64,000 nt of DNA from the human T2T-CHM13v2.0 reference genome, Homo sapiens. Location of the stretch: assembly GCA_009914755.4 (NCBI GenBank), contig CP086569.2:11424001-11488000 (forward strand). The letters run 5' to 3'. Both the position numbers and the translations under genes were made by a program. The notes beneath the pieces are model-generated. The model was not told the DNA's origin and ran no database searches. It saw nothing but the letters and a program-made list of their open reading frames with translations. Position 1 is the stretch's first letter; each line of letters begins with the position of its first letter. Positions 25,719-36,909 of the stretch are shown here, one piece after another.

Positions 25719-26759
25719 CTTTGTGGATTTATCTACCTTTGGTCTTTGATGTTGGTGATGTTGATACTATTCCTTTATGTTTGTTAGCTTTCCTTCTACC
25801 AGTCAGGTCCCTCTGCTGCAGGTTTGCTCGAGTTTGCTGGAGGTCCACTCCAGACCCTGTTTGCCTGGGTATCACCAGTGGAGGCTCAGTTGGAAATGCA
25901 TGAACCACCTGCCTTCTGTGTTGATCTCACTGGGTGCTGCAGACCGGAGCTGTTCCTATTCAGACATCTTGCCAACTCTCCTGTAATACTTTTATGAATG
26001 GGTGTAGTCCTATCTTCTCAAGGTCCCCAAATAACTTGAGGTTCCTGGGCCCGTCAGAAAGTGACATTCTTTACTTCTTACCACAAAGACAGCAACTTTG
26101 TAAAGGACCCTTGTAGACAAGACACCAAGCCAGTCATTCTAAGGGGCTTTGCATTGGTGCTATAAAGTCAACCTCAATTCCTTAAAGTGGTCTGGTTGTA
26201 TCTGCCGTTCGAGTTAAAGCCTTTATAAAATAAACAGTGTCTCCAATTGAATCCTGTTACCAAAAACAGATTCTTATTGAAATTATGCAAGTAATTATAT
26301 TGCCATAATTTAGGAATGCTCACGAATGGCTTCTGAATTCTGGAGAAATCAGTTAGAGAGACAGATAAATGGCTAAATTTTTGTTCAAAATGTAGTTTTT
26401 CTAACGTAGGGTAAGTTAAAAATAGCTGAAAAGAAAAAAATTCTTGACTTTGGAAAACAAAACATAAAGAGAATCAACAATGTTTCCAATGGAAGGGCCA
26501 TGAATAAAATCTTTTCCTTCTTTTATAAGTTCAGTCCAATGTAACTAAATCTTGTTCTGCTTGATTTCAAATAGCAATTCTCATTCAGTTTTTTGTGTTT
26601 TGCTTGATTTCAATTGGAAATTCTCATTCAGCTTTTTAGAGTCCTGGAAGATTTTCCTAGTCCAATGGTATGATCCCCAAAGTTATCTGAAACCATATTT
26701 AAGAGAACTTGTCAGAGTCCTTTCCATTAAAAGTAATTTAGATGATAGCTGATTGTAAA

Positions 26760-27105
26760 GGCTTTTTTTTTTTTTTGAGACATGGCCTGGTTCTATCACT
26801 CAGGATGGAGTGCAGTGGCATGATCTTGGCTCACCACAATCTCTCCCTCCCAAACTCAAGCCATCCTCCTACCTCAGCCTCCGAAGTAGTTGGGACCATA
26901 GACATGCACCATCATGCTGGCTAATTTTTGTATTTTTGTAGAGACAGGGTTTTACCATGTTGCCCAGGATGCTTTCAAACTTCTGAGTTCAATCAATTCA
27001 CCCACCTCGGCCTTGTAAAGTGCTGGGATTTTTACACGTGTGAGCCACCATGCCCTGCACCACGCCCAGCACCGTGCCCTGCACAGCCTCCAGCAGCACG
27101 CCCGG
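26760..27105 (-). mobile_element. Alu SINE with tandem expansion at its 5' end
   Basis: Poly(T) head. The tail reads gagccaccatgccctgcaccacgcccagcaccgtgccctgcacagcctccagcagcacgcccggcc, so the ~12-nt 5'-terminal motif is present in three imperfect copies. Confidence 0.8.
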
Positions 27106-27478
27106 CCTATAAAGCGTTTTAGAGAAGAACTTTAAACTATCACCGTGGATGACAAAAACTTAGAATATCCTTTGGTTAAAATCCAGTAGAAGTTCTCGAC
27201 CTGCGAGAAAATTTAGTTATTTCTATTATATGTAGCATTTTAAGATAACAGCCAGAATCATGACTGACGGCAACACATCAGATCCATCAGACTTCCACAA
27301 ATTTTATATAATCTTTAGAATATTTATATTAATAATATATCTATACATATACAACTTTAGAGAATATTTAACATCATCAAAATTATGACTGATACCATAT
27401 TAGATTTTTATAATTTATATAACATTTAAAATATTTATATTAATAATATACCTATAAATGTAACCAAAAGAAGATTTA

Positions 27479-27750
27479 GGCCAGGCACAGTGGCTCATGT
27501 CTGTAATCCCAACACTTTGGGAGGCCAAGTTGGACAGATCCATGAGCCTGGCCAACATGGAGAAATCTTGTCTCTACTAAAAATACAAAATTAGCCGGGC
27601 GTGGTGGCATGTATCTGTAGTCTCAGCTACTTGGGAGGTTGAGGCAGGAGAATCGCTTGAACCTTGGGGCAGAGGTTGCAATGGACCTAGATCACGCCAC
27701 TGCACTCCAGCCTGGGTGACTAAGCAAGATTCTGTCTCAGAGAAAAAAAA
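27479..27750 (+). mobile_element. Alu SINE with TSD aagatttag
   Basis: GGCCAGGCACAGTGGCTCATGTCTGTAATCCCAACACTTTGGGAGGCCAAG... The short-tail flanks aaagaagatttagg and aaaaaagatttagtg give the TSD. Confidence 0.85.
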
Positions 27751-27872
27751 AAGATTTAGTGTTACTTATCTTTTGGCAATGCTTCCCATACAATGTTATC
27801 AACTAAGATTTAGCAAAGATGTCAAAAAATTGAAAACATTTGACCGAAACTGAATGACAGTTTATTGTTTTT

Positions 27873-28168
27873 TATTTTATTATTTTTTTGAGACAGGGTC
27901 TCACCCTGTTGCCCAGGCTGGAGTGCAGTGGTGAAATCATGGCTCACTGCAGCCTCAACCTCCCAGGCTCAGGTGATCCTCCACCTTAGTCTCCCAAGTA
28001 GCCAGGACTATGAGCACTTGTTACGACACATAGCTAGCTTTTGTATTTTTAGTAGAGATGCGGTTTTGCCATTTTGCCCAGGCTGGACTTGAACTCCTGG
28101 GCTCAAGTGATTCACCCACCTTGGCCTCCCAAAGGGCTGGAATTACAGACATGAGCCGCTGCACACAG
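27873..28168 (-). mobile_element. Alu SINE
   Basis: tttttttgagacagggtctcaccctgttgcccaggctggagtgcagtggtgaaatcatggctcactgcagcctc... Confidence 0.9.
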
Positions 28169-29342
28169 CCACATGTCATTTTTAAATAACAGTCATTCAT
28201 TTAATTAGCATGACAACCAAAAGACATCAAAAGCAATGTAGAAGGTTACATGGATGTGATAACTGAAAACCCTCAGTTTTCCCAAGGAATTAAAAAAAAA
28301 AAAGGCAACACATGGATTATCTTGATAAAACCTAAAATTTTTATTACAGGCCAGTCATTTAAAGGGTAAAACTCCTGTGGCATAACTGTGTCTTCTTGCG
28401 GGAAGCTAATTTAAATCACTTGGAAGTCAATTCCGATGACAAGGAGACTTGAATTTAATTAGACATAGAAAGAGTGTGTCCAGGGTCATGAGTGAGCATA
28501 ATATTACAAAGGAATGTCAACAGGAAAACCAGAGCATAGAGCAGTGGGGAACCATAACTCACAATGATAGCAAGAAAGTTTCCTGGTTACATGAAGTAAT
28601 TAAGACATATTTAAAAGCCAAGAATATAAAATTAGACCTGATGAAAAAGCTGAAGGAGTTATCATCCCAGCCAAGCAGGAAACCCAAGCCTTTTATTCCT
28701 TCTCAAGAAGGAATAGGAGACAGTGATGTGATCTGTGAGTCATGTGTAACATGAAAGTACAGGAAAAGTTGAACTTCTGATATACAAATCTGAAAAGTTT
28801 TTATAGTAACAGATTTCAGGATTAAAAGTCAATATTTATTACCTCTTATTATGAGCAAATAAGTACATTAAGAAAACCTTGTTGTTTTAACCAAAATTTT
28901 TAGTTTTTTATCACTATGTTTTTAATATTATAACTAATTTAAATAAACTTTATAAACAATCTATCTGATCTCAATCAGTTTTGACCTAGATGTAAGATTT
29001 ACATAAACTTTTAATAACCTTGTATAATTTTTTCATCTTTCCCAACTTTTTATACACATTCACTTTTATCTATCTTTTTTATGCCTTCAATTTAAAATAA
29101 TCCTTAAAAATCTCTAAGCGAATTTACTTTCTCTGAAACAAAAACCGGTATACATTTTGCATACAGAATTGTTTCTCTTGTATCTAGTAGTCTTAATCAC
29201 ACATATCTAGCAAGATATTAACACTTAGTAACCCTTATTTTAAGAAAAAACCTAGGAAGCAAGAAATCTTGAATTGTCATATAGCAATATCTTACATATG
29301 AGAATAATTTCATAATTTTGAATTATGTGTTCCTAAAACATA

Positions 29343-29640
<298 letters not shown>

Positions 29641-29719
29641 TAAGTTTTAAATTGTAAATAACCCAGATATTTAATGAGTATCTATTATTTAATTTAACAT
29701 AACTAAAATTTCAAAAATA

Positions 29720-29990
29720 GGCTGGGCATGGTGGCTCACACCTGTAATCCCAACACTTTAGGAGGACAAGGCAGGAGTATCATGAAACCAGCCTGAGCAA
29801 AATAGTGAGATGCTGACTCTACAAAAAAAATAAAAGTTAGCTGACCATGGTGGTGTATGCCTGTAATTAACAGCTACATGGGAGGCTGAGGTGGGAGGAT
29901 ACCTTGAGCACAGGAGGTCAAGGTTGCAGTGAGCTGTGATCATGCCACTGCACTTCAGCCTGGGTGACAGACAGAGACATTGTCTCAAAA
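29720..29990 (+). mobile_element. Alu SINE with ~14 bp TSD
   Basis: The TSD aaatttcaaaaata(g/c) lies at 29706-29719 and 29990-30003. Confidence 0.9.
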
Positions 29991-30474
29991 AAATTTCAAA
30001 AATACATTAAGATGTCTTGTATAGACATTTATCCATTTACATTTACTTATTTTTGACAGTTTATCTAGAGTATTTGTGAGAACTGAGGTATTGGACAAAG
30101 GTATTCATCATTTCTAGGTTATTTTCTTGTTAACCACGTTATAGCCTGTGAATATCAGCTGTTCATGTAAGTGAGGACTTCAAAGTTAAATACATGGGTA
30201 TTTTACCAATATTTCAGAAAATTCCATTATTTTTGTTCAACAAACCATATTAAATTGGTCTTATGTATTTAAAAAATCACATAAACAAATATTCTTTTTT
30301 TCCTGTGTTTATAGCTTTATAACCTTCATGCCAAACCCTAGCACCTTAAAATATCTAGCAAATGTAAATATAAAACACAGTCTAAAATGTATGCTGACAA
30401 GTCTGAAGAGATTTCTATTTTTATTTTATCAATACTTTTTAAATTATTTGTATTTATAAAAGAACTCTTTTGTC

Positions 30475-30788
<314 letters not shown>

Positions 30789-31030
30789 AATTGTTTCATT
30801 CTTTTGTTTTTCTTCAGCCAAGTAACCTTGAATTAGTAACACCACAGACAGTAAGTCTTATCTCAACACCAGTAGACAGATCAGCAGATTCAAAGTAGGC
30901 AGGGAAAAAAAAATAGATAGGCAAAAGAACTGAGACTTTTTCACTTTAGGGTTTTTTAAAATAGTAACTATTTGAGTTCTGAATTTTCTTTCATGTAATT
31001 TGGCCATCAGGTTTAAAGTGTGCACTAGAG

Positions 31031-31334
31031 GTCAGGTGCAGTGGCTCATGTGTGTAATCCAAACACTATCGGAGGCTGAGGCAGGTGGATCACTTGAGGC
31101 CAGGAGTTTGAGACCAGCCTGGCCAACGTGACAAAACCCCATCTCTACTGAAAATACAAAAGTTAACTGGGTGTGGTAGTGTGCACCTGTAGTCCCAGCT
31201 ATTCAGGAGGCTGAGGCAGGATAATTACTCAAACCTGGGAGGCGGAGGTTGCAGTGAGCCACGATTGTACCACCATACTCCATCCTGGGCAACAGAGCAA
31301 GACTCTGTGTCAAAAAGAAAAAGGAAAAAAAAAG
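31031..31334 (+). mobile_element. Alu SINE (first of a tandem pair)
   Basis: ggtcaggtgcagtggctcatgtgtgtaatccaaacactatcggaggctgaggcaggtggatcacttgagg... Confidence 0.9.
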
Positions 31335-31356
31335 TATATATATATATATATGTATA

Positions 31357-31682
<326 letters not shown>

Positions 31683-32399
31683 CTAGAATGGTCCATAATA
31701 TATAGCCAGCTCGAGTCCCAGAAAACCTAGCAAGCTTAAGGTTAGAGCTTCTCATTTTGGCCTTTTCAAGATTAAATCTCCTTTAGTAGGCCCTTCCCCT
31801 CTAGGGAGGTACTTGCCAGAGCGCTGCCTGAAGTTGGTTTTCTGATGCCCTGTTGTTTCTGTTCTGAATGGTTTATTTCTCATTATAAGAGCTCAGCAAA
31901 GCAGGCAGAGTTAAAAAGCAGAGACATGAAGGCTTTAAAATCATGGACTTCACTCCTACACTGAATCTCAGTTCCCCAGAAAGACAGAAACACCATGGGA
32001 CCACAGCAAAGGCAGAAGGAGGAGTTAGAGAGGGAGGTGGACAGAACAACAAACAGGAGTTGGCTTTCATTTTTTCACGCGTGCCATTTTCTTTAGGTTT
32101 TTCTAGTTTATGGAGTCTCTTTGTTCCAGTTGAGCACACAGATAAACTAGAGATCTCACAAGGCTTTTGCTGAGAACATCAAAGCCTTTAACCTCTGTTG
32201 GGCCAAATATTTAGACCAAAAATATAGACAGACACACAAAAGCCAGAACCGGACCAGATTGAGTAGCTCAGTGGCTACAGCTTTTATTCCCTTTATTCTT
32301 TAAGGATATGAACTCAAACCAGATTCAGGGTTCTAACCCAGCCAGGACCCCCCTGGGGTGAAACTGAAATCCCACCGTCTAGACAAGGTTGGGGGTCTT

Positions 32400-32698
<299 letters not shown>

Positions 32699-32820
32699 TG
32701 CTTGTCCTTTTCATTTAATCCTGATCTCCGAATACAGGAGAGTAGCTGATTTGGTGTTCACTAACAAGCACAGAAGATTTGTTACATTTACAGTGTCATT
32801 CTTGGCAAAACCTGAAGTTT

Positions 32821-33034
32821 TGCCTCCCGGGTTCACGCCATTCTCCTGCCTCAGCCTCCTGAGTAGCTGGGACTATAGGCGCCCGCCACCTCACCCAGTT
32901 AATTTTTTGTATTGTTAGTATAGACGGGGTTTCGTCATGTTAGCCAGGATGGTCTCAATCTCCTGACCTTGTGATCCGCGCACCTCGGCTTCCCACAGTG
33001 CTGGGATTACAGGAGTGAGCCACCGCTCCCAGCC
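32821..33034 (-). mobile_element. Partial Alu (lacks its 3' portion)
   Basis: cctcccgggttcacgccattctcctgcctcagcctcctgagtagctgggactataggcgcccgccacc ... gagccaccgctcccagcc. Confidence 0.8.
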
Positions 33035-33121
33035 AGAAGCTCTAATTTCAATGATGATTGTGCTTTTTCTCTCTTCCTCAGCATCTGGCTCATGATAAAA
33101 TTTCAGGTGTCTTGATGGTAT

Positions 33122-33343
33122 CTAAATCAGTTGTTGATTTGGTCCTGGAGAAACACAAGCATAACCTCTATGCCAAGTTATAATTTTACCTATTTCCCAA
33201 CTTTTTGTTATTGGATCTCTCCACCAAACCAGTTGTTCTGCTTCTGTCTTTGCAGCTGGTTTCTGTAGATGCTGTTCAGCTGCTGGTAACATCTGGCCTT
33301 TGGGCAGTCTCAAAAATTTGAAAGTTAATAATGCAAGATTCAA
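33122..33343 (-). pseudogene. Retroviral integrase C-terminus (pol 3' end), HERV-K-like
   Basis: ours: LNLALLTFKFL...AAEQHLQKPAAKTEAEQLVWWRDPITKSWEIGKIITWHRGYACVSPGPNQ. HERV-K(HML-2) pol: [70 protein letters not shown]. Confidence 0.8.
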
Positions 33344-33399
33344 TTGTGTATGGGCTATCCCATAATCCCTGTTTCTCCCTCTTTTTTTGTTTTTATTAT

Positions 33400-34260
33400 C
33401 GGTTGTTCATCTGTATGAAATCTTAACTGAGCATTTTCAATTAACTGTGTGGAATGACCCATGTATGAAGAATCAGAAATCACATTAACAGGCATATCAA
33501 AAGCAGTCAACACCTCAATTACAGCTACAAGCTCTGCCTTTTGAGCTGAAGTATAGGGTGTCTGGAAAACTTTAGCTTTTGATCCAGAATAAGAACCTTT
33601 ACCATCACTAGACCCATCTGTGAAACAATGAAAACACTTAGCAGGCTGCAGGTTGTTTACTGCAGGAATTGTAAATGCAAACCTTTCACAGTCTTGCTCA
33701 GCTAAAAGGGTAGTAAAGAAACAGTCTTTTAAATCTGTGACTATTAAAGGCCAATTTTTTGGAATTATAGTAGAGAAGGGAATCCTGGCTGTTATATTTC
33801 CATAGGTTGTATAACTGAATTGATGGCTCTTAAGTCAGTTAACATTCTCCATTTACCTGATTTTTTCTTAATTATGAAAACTGGAGAATTCCAAGGGGAA
33901 AATGTTGGAGCTATGTGCCCATTTTCTAATTGTTCAGTAACTAATTTCTCTAAAGCATCCAGTATCTCTTTGCTTAGCAGCCATTATTCTATCCAAATTG
34001 GCTTATCTGTTAACCATTTTAAAGGTATAGGTTCTGGAGGCTTAACTATGGCCACCATCAAAAATGTTATCCTAATCTTTGGCAGGAACTTTGTCTTTCC
34101 GTTTGAAGCAGTTCTTTCAAAACTTGCAATTTTTTTTCTACTCCTATACCAGGGACATGCCCCATTTCGTGCATCATATGTTGACTTTGAGGGCTGTATT
34201 ATTGTTATGGAATTAGAACTTGTGCTCCCCATTGTCATAATAAATCTCTCCCCCATAAAT
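33400..34260 (-). pseudogene. Pro C-terminus (G-patch) and RT N-terminus joined directly to RNaseH start by an internal deletion
   Basis: ...[39 protein letters not shown] is the PR/RT boundary. The reverse complement of ~33560-33700 gives [49 protein letters not shown]. This is the RT box [32 protein letters not shown] running straight into the RNaseH start FTDGSS, so the RT palm, thumb and connection are deleted. Confidence 0.65.
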
Positions 34261-34453
34261 TTATAGGTACAGAAGTTGCAATTGGTTGAACAGTCCCAGG
34301 TTGTCCATTGGGCCCTTCACAATGCAAAGTATAGCTACTCTGATACACTTCTGGAGCTTTAACAGTTTCCACTGTGTTAAATTGAGTGGGCTGAATTGGC
34401 CACATGGACGGCCAGTGCTGTAGAGAAATAATTGAAATGTCCACTCCTACCAA
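34235..34453 (-). pseudogene. Retroviral aspartic protease (HERV-K-like)
   Basis: ours: GVDISIISLQHWPSMWPIQPTQFNTVETVKAPEVYQSSYTLHCEGPNGQPGTVQPIATSVPINLWGRDLL. HML-2 PR: GADVSIIALNQWPKNWPKQKAVTGLVGIGTASEVYQSTEILHCLGPDNQESTVQPMITSIPLNLWGRDLL. Confidence 0.85.
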
Positions 34454-34589
34454 AAAAAAAAATAGTATCTACCAAACCTTTAAAGTTCTTTCCCTGGATA
34501 GTTATTTCACAGGTAGGATGTTTATCAGTAATTTGATTTAACCAATAAGCTGCCTTGCCTTTTTTGTTTGTGCTTCCAAATCCTCCGGT

Positions 34590-34859
34590 TCATTTAATTT
34601 CACTTTTTCCCATTCCCACATATGGCACATTCAGGAGCTGTGCTATGAGCACTCCTGGCTGTGCTTTCCAGGGAACAGAAGTAGATATCACAATTTGAAT
34701 TTCTTCATTGTAATCTGAATCAATGACTCCAGTGTGTATTTGTACCCCTTTTAAACTTAAACTAGACCTTCCTAAAAGTAATACCATTGTCCCTGCTCGC
34801 AACGGTCCACAGACTCCTGTTGGGGCCTTTTGCGGGGGTTCCCCAGGCAGAAGGCTCAC
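34590..34859 (-). pseudogene. Retroviral dUTPase (N-terminal domain of the betaretroviral pro ORF)
   Basis: GTMVLLLGRSSLSLKGVQIHTGVIDSDYNEEIQIVISTSVPWKAQPGVLIAQLLNVPY contains the dUTPase motif-3 region (..GVIDSDY.GEI...). It lies between gag NC and PR, as in betaretroviruses. Confidence 0.7.
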
Positions 34860-34960
34860 AGCTTTTGTGCAGCATAGATCTACTGCAGCACTATGGGCTG
34901 TGGTGGGGGACAGATAACGTATGGGGGTGAGGGAATGGCCTGAGATGGAAATGCCCTGGT

Positions 34961-35248
34961 TTAGAACAGGGCCTGGGATGGACCCCTCAGGGAGTTTCCC
35001 AAAATCGGGTTCCCTTCTTTATCAAACTTAGAGTGACACTGATTAGCCCAAAGTTTTCCTTTTTTACATTTTGGACATATTTCAGGATCAGCAGTTTTGT
35101 TTTTTCCCCTATCTGGTGGCCTGACTCGGTGATTTTTTTTTTTTACATTCTTTTTAGTATGACCATGCTTCCCACAGTTAAAACAAGCTCCAGGAAATAG
35201 AGTATTTCCTTTATCCACTCTCAGTCTTGCCATTGCCTGTGCCAACAA
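34961..35248 (-). pseudogene. gag nucleocapsid with two CCHC zinc knuckles (first one mutated)
   Basis: CFNCGKHGHTKKNV...CPKCKKGKLWANQCHSKFDKEGNP. HML-2 has CFNCGKPGHFARDC...[24 protein letters not shown]. Confidence 0.8.
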
Positions 35249-35249
35249 A

Positions 35250-36330
35250 GTAGCTTTATGTAGATTATCTCTGATATCATCACAGGCCTTGTTATAATCA
35301 ACTAAATGTGCTTTCCCTCTGATAGGTCGCAGAGCAGCCTGGCCATAAGTATTAGCATTGTCAAAACCAATAACTGCAACACTATATCCTAAGCAGCCAA
35401 ATCTGCAATCATCTTTTTAGGAGACTCCTGTAACCAAGCTATAAAATCCACATATGGTTCTCTTGGTCCCTGTTTTATAGCACTAAAGGAAGGGTATTGT
35501 TCTCCACATGAAGTGATTTATTCCAAGCTCTAATGCACACTCCTCTAAGCTGTTCTATGGCATCATCCTGCATGACCACTTGTGCATGTAAACCAGCCCA
35601 GCCACCAACCCCCAGAAGTTGGTCTGCAGTTATATTAATTTGAGGTTGGGCCCAGGCATTGCGAGCAGCCTGAATGGAAGCTTCATCTGCCTACTAAGTT
35701 TTAAATTGTAATAACTGAGCAGGAGTTAGACAAGCTAGAGTAAAAGTGTCCCAGTCAGTAGGAATCATCCGACTGGAAACAGCAACATTCTTTAACAGTC
35801 CCATTTCAAAAGGAGAACCTGTTCCATACTGATTTATAGCTTGTTTAATTTTTTTGAGTAATTTAAAAGGAAAAGGCTCAAATGTAGCTATAATATTTCC
35901 CTGTTGATCTGGGGGGTGTATTCAAACAGGGAACTGCCAAGCCTCTAAATCCCACTTTTGTCTAGCTTGCTGTATTCCTGCCTGAATAGAACTAAGAGCA
36001 GTCGCTCAAGGCGCTGCTCGAACAGTCACCAGGGCAACTACTTTTCACCCAGTGTCCTCCAGAAAAGAAAGATCTGGAGGGTCGTTTTCTTTAAAATAGT
36101 AATGAGGGTGTGCAGAAGGATAGGGATGAACCTCTCCCTCCTTTTCTGCTTTAGCTTTAGGTGACAAGTAAACCTGGTCTGTAACCTCTACTGTTACTTT
36201 GTTATACTCTCCTTCCTCCTCATCAGTATGAAAAAGTTCCAAGGTAGAACGAACCACAGCCCACACTTGTCCTATTGCTACCCTGATGCTTCCGAGCTCC
36301 CCTTCTTACTCACCACGGGGATTGCTTTAA
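35250..36330 (-). pseudogene. gag matrix/capsid region of element A (degenerate)
   Basis: It is contiguous upstream of the NC fragment. It is homologous at the nucleotide level to the second gag copy at ~37260-38540 at an estimated 65-70% (by eye). No long intact ORF. Confidence 0.5.
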
Positions 36331-36402
36331 TAGTACTCTGGTGTCCTCCAGCTAGTTCCACTTTCTCCAATCGTTGCTCCAGCGATCCTTTGACCTGTAT
36401 TC

Positions 36403-36421
36403 GAGCCCCCATGAATGGGCA
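36403..36421 (-). promoter_or_regulatory. Primer-binding site of element A, tRNA-Lys-related
   Basis: The minus strand reads TGGTGCCCATTCATGGGGGCTCGAATAC, 2 nt after the LTR end ...CTCAGCA. It is related to the tRNA-Lys(CTT) PBS TGGCGCCCAACGTGGGGCTCGAACCC but carries indels. Confidence 0.4.
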
Positions 36422-36427
36422 CCACTT

Positions 36428-36905
36428 GCTGAGACCAGGTCGGTTGGAGAGACCCTAACCCAGCAGCACTAGAGGAATTAAAGACGCACACACAGAAATA
36501 TAGAGGTGTGAAGTGGGAAATCGGGGGGGGGGGGGGCGTCTTACAGCCTTCAGAGCAGAGTCCTGAACAGAGATTTACCGACGTGTTTATTAACAGCAAG
36601 CCAGTCATTAGCATTGTTTCTATAGATATTAGATTAACTAAAAGTATCCCTTATTCTTAAGGCACAGATCACTCATGCTATTGTTTGTGGCTTAAGAATG
36701 CCTTTAAGTAGTTTTCCACCCTGGACGGGCCAGGTATTCCTTGTCCTCATTCCAGTAAACCCACAACTTTCCAGCGTGGGTGTTATGGCCATCATGAACA
36801 TGTCACAGTGCTGCAGAGATTTTGTTTATGGCCAGTTTTGGGGCCAGTTTATGGCCGGATTTGAGGAGGCTTGTTCCCAACAGTTCCTCAGGGTAAGGGT
36901 GCCCT
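36428..36905 (-). mobile_element. 5' LTR of element A (~480 bp; specific HERV-K/HML family not determined); contains a C14 (plus-strand G14) homopolymer
   Basis: Minus-strand reading: TGAGGAACTGTTGGGAACAAGCC...GTTAATAAACACG...CCCCCCCCCCCCCC...CTGGTCTCAGCA. It runs from a TG start, through an AATAAA signal, to a CA end. The PBS and gag follow it. Confidence 0.55.
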
Positions 36906-36909
36906 AACT

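Larger units (their letters stand above)
20688..25980 (-). mobile_element. Full-length L1 (L1PA-type) with 13 bp TSD; ORFs disrupted; 5'UTR internally deleted
   Basis: The 3' end (reverse complement) reads ...tgcacatgtaccccagaacttaaagtataattttaaaaagtaggttaa. The 5' terminus (reverse complement) reads ggagagttggcaagatgtctgaataggaacagctccggtctgcagc, which matches the L1PA 5' start GGAGGAGCCAAGATGGCCGAATAGGAACAGCTCCGGTCTACAGC. The TSD CTGTAATACTTTT lies at 20675-20687 and 25981-25993. The minus-strand ORF fragments are L1 ORF1 and ORF2. Confidence 0.9.

Noticed and set aside
33820-34266. Plus-strand ORF 33820..34266 (148 aa) overlapping the ERV pro/pol region
   Set aside because: It is antisense to the clearly homologous minus-strand protease and RT sequence. 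It is a chance open frame on the non-coding strand.
36403-36421. tRNA-like 3'-end sequences at 36403-36421, 38637-38654 and 1426-1443 as possible tRNA genes
   Set aside because: These are only the 18-nt primer-binding complements of tRNA 3' ends. No cloverleaf or A/B boxes are present. They are PBS sites of ERVs, not tRNA genes.
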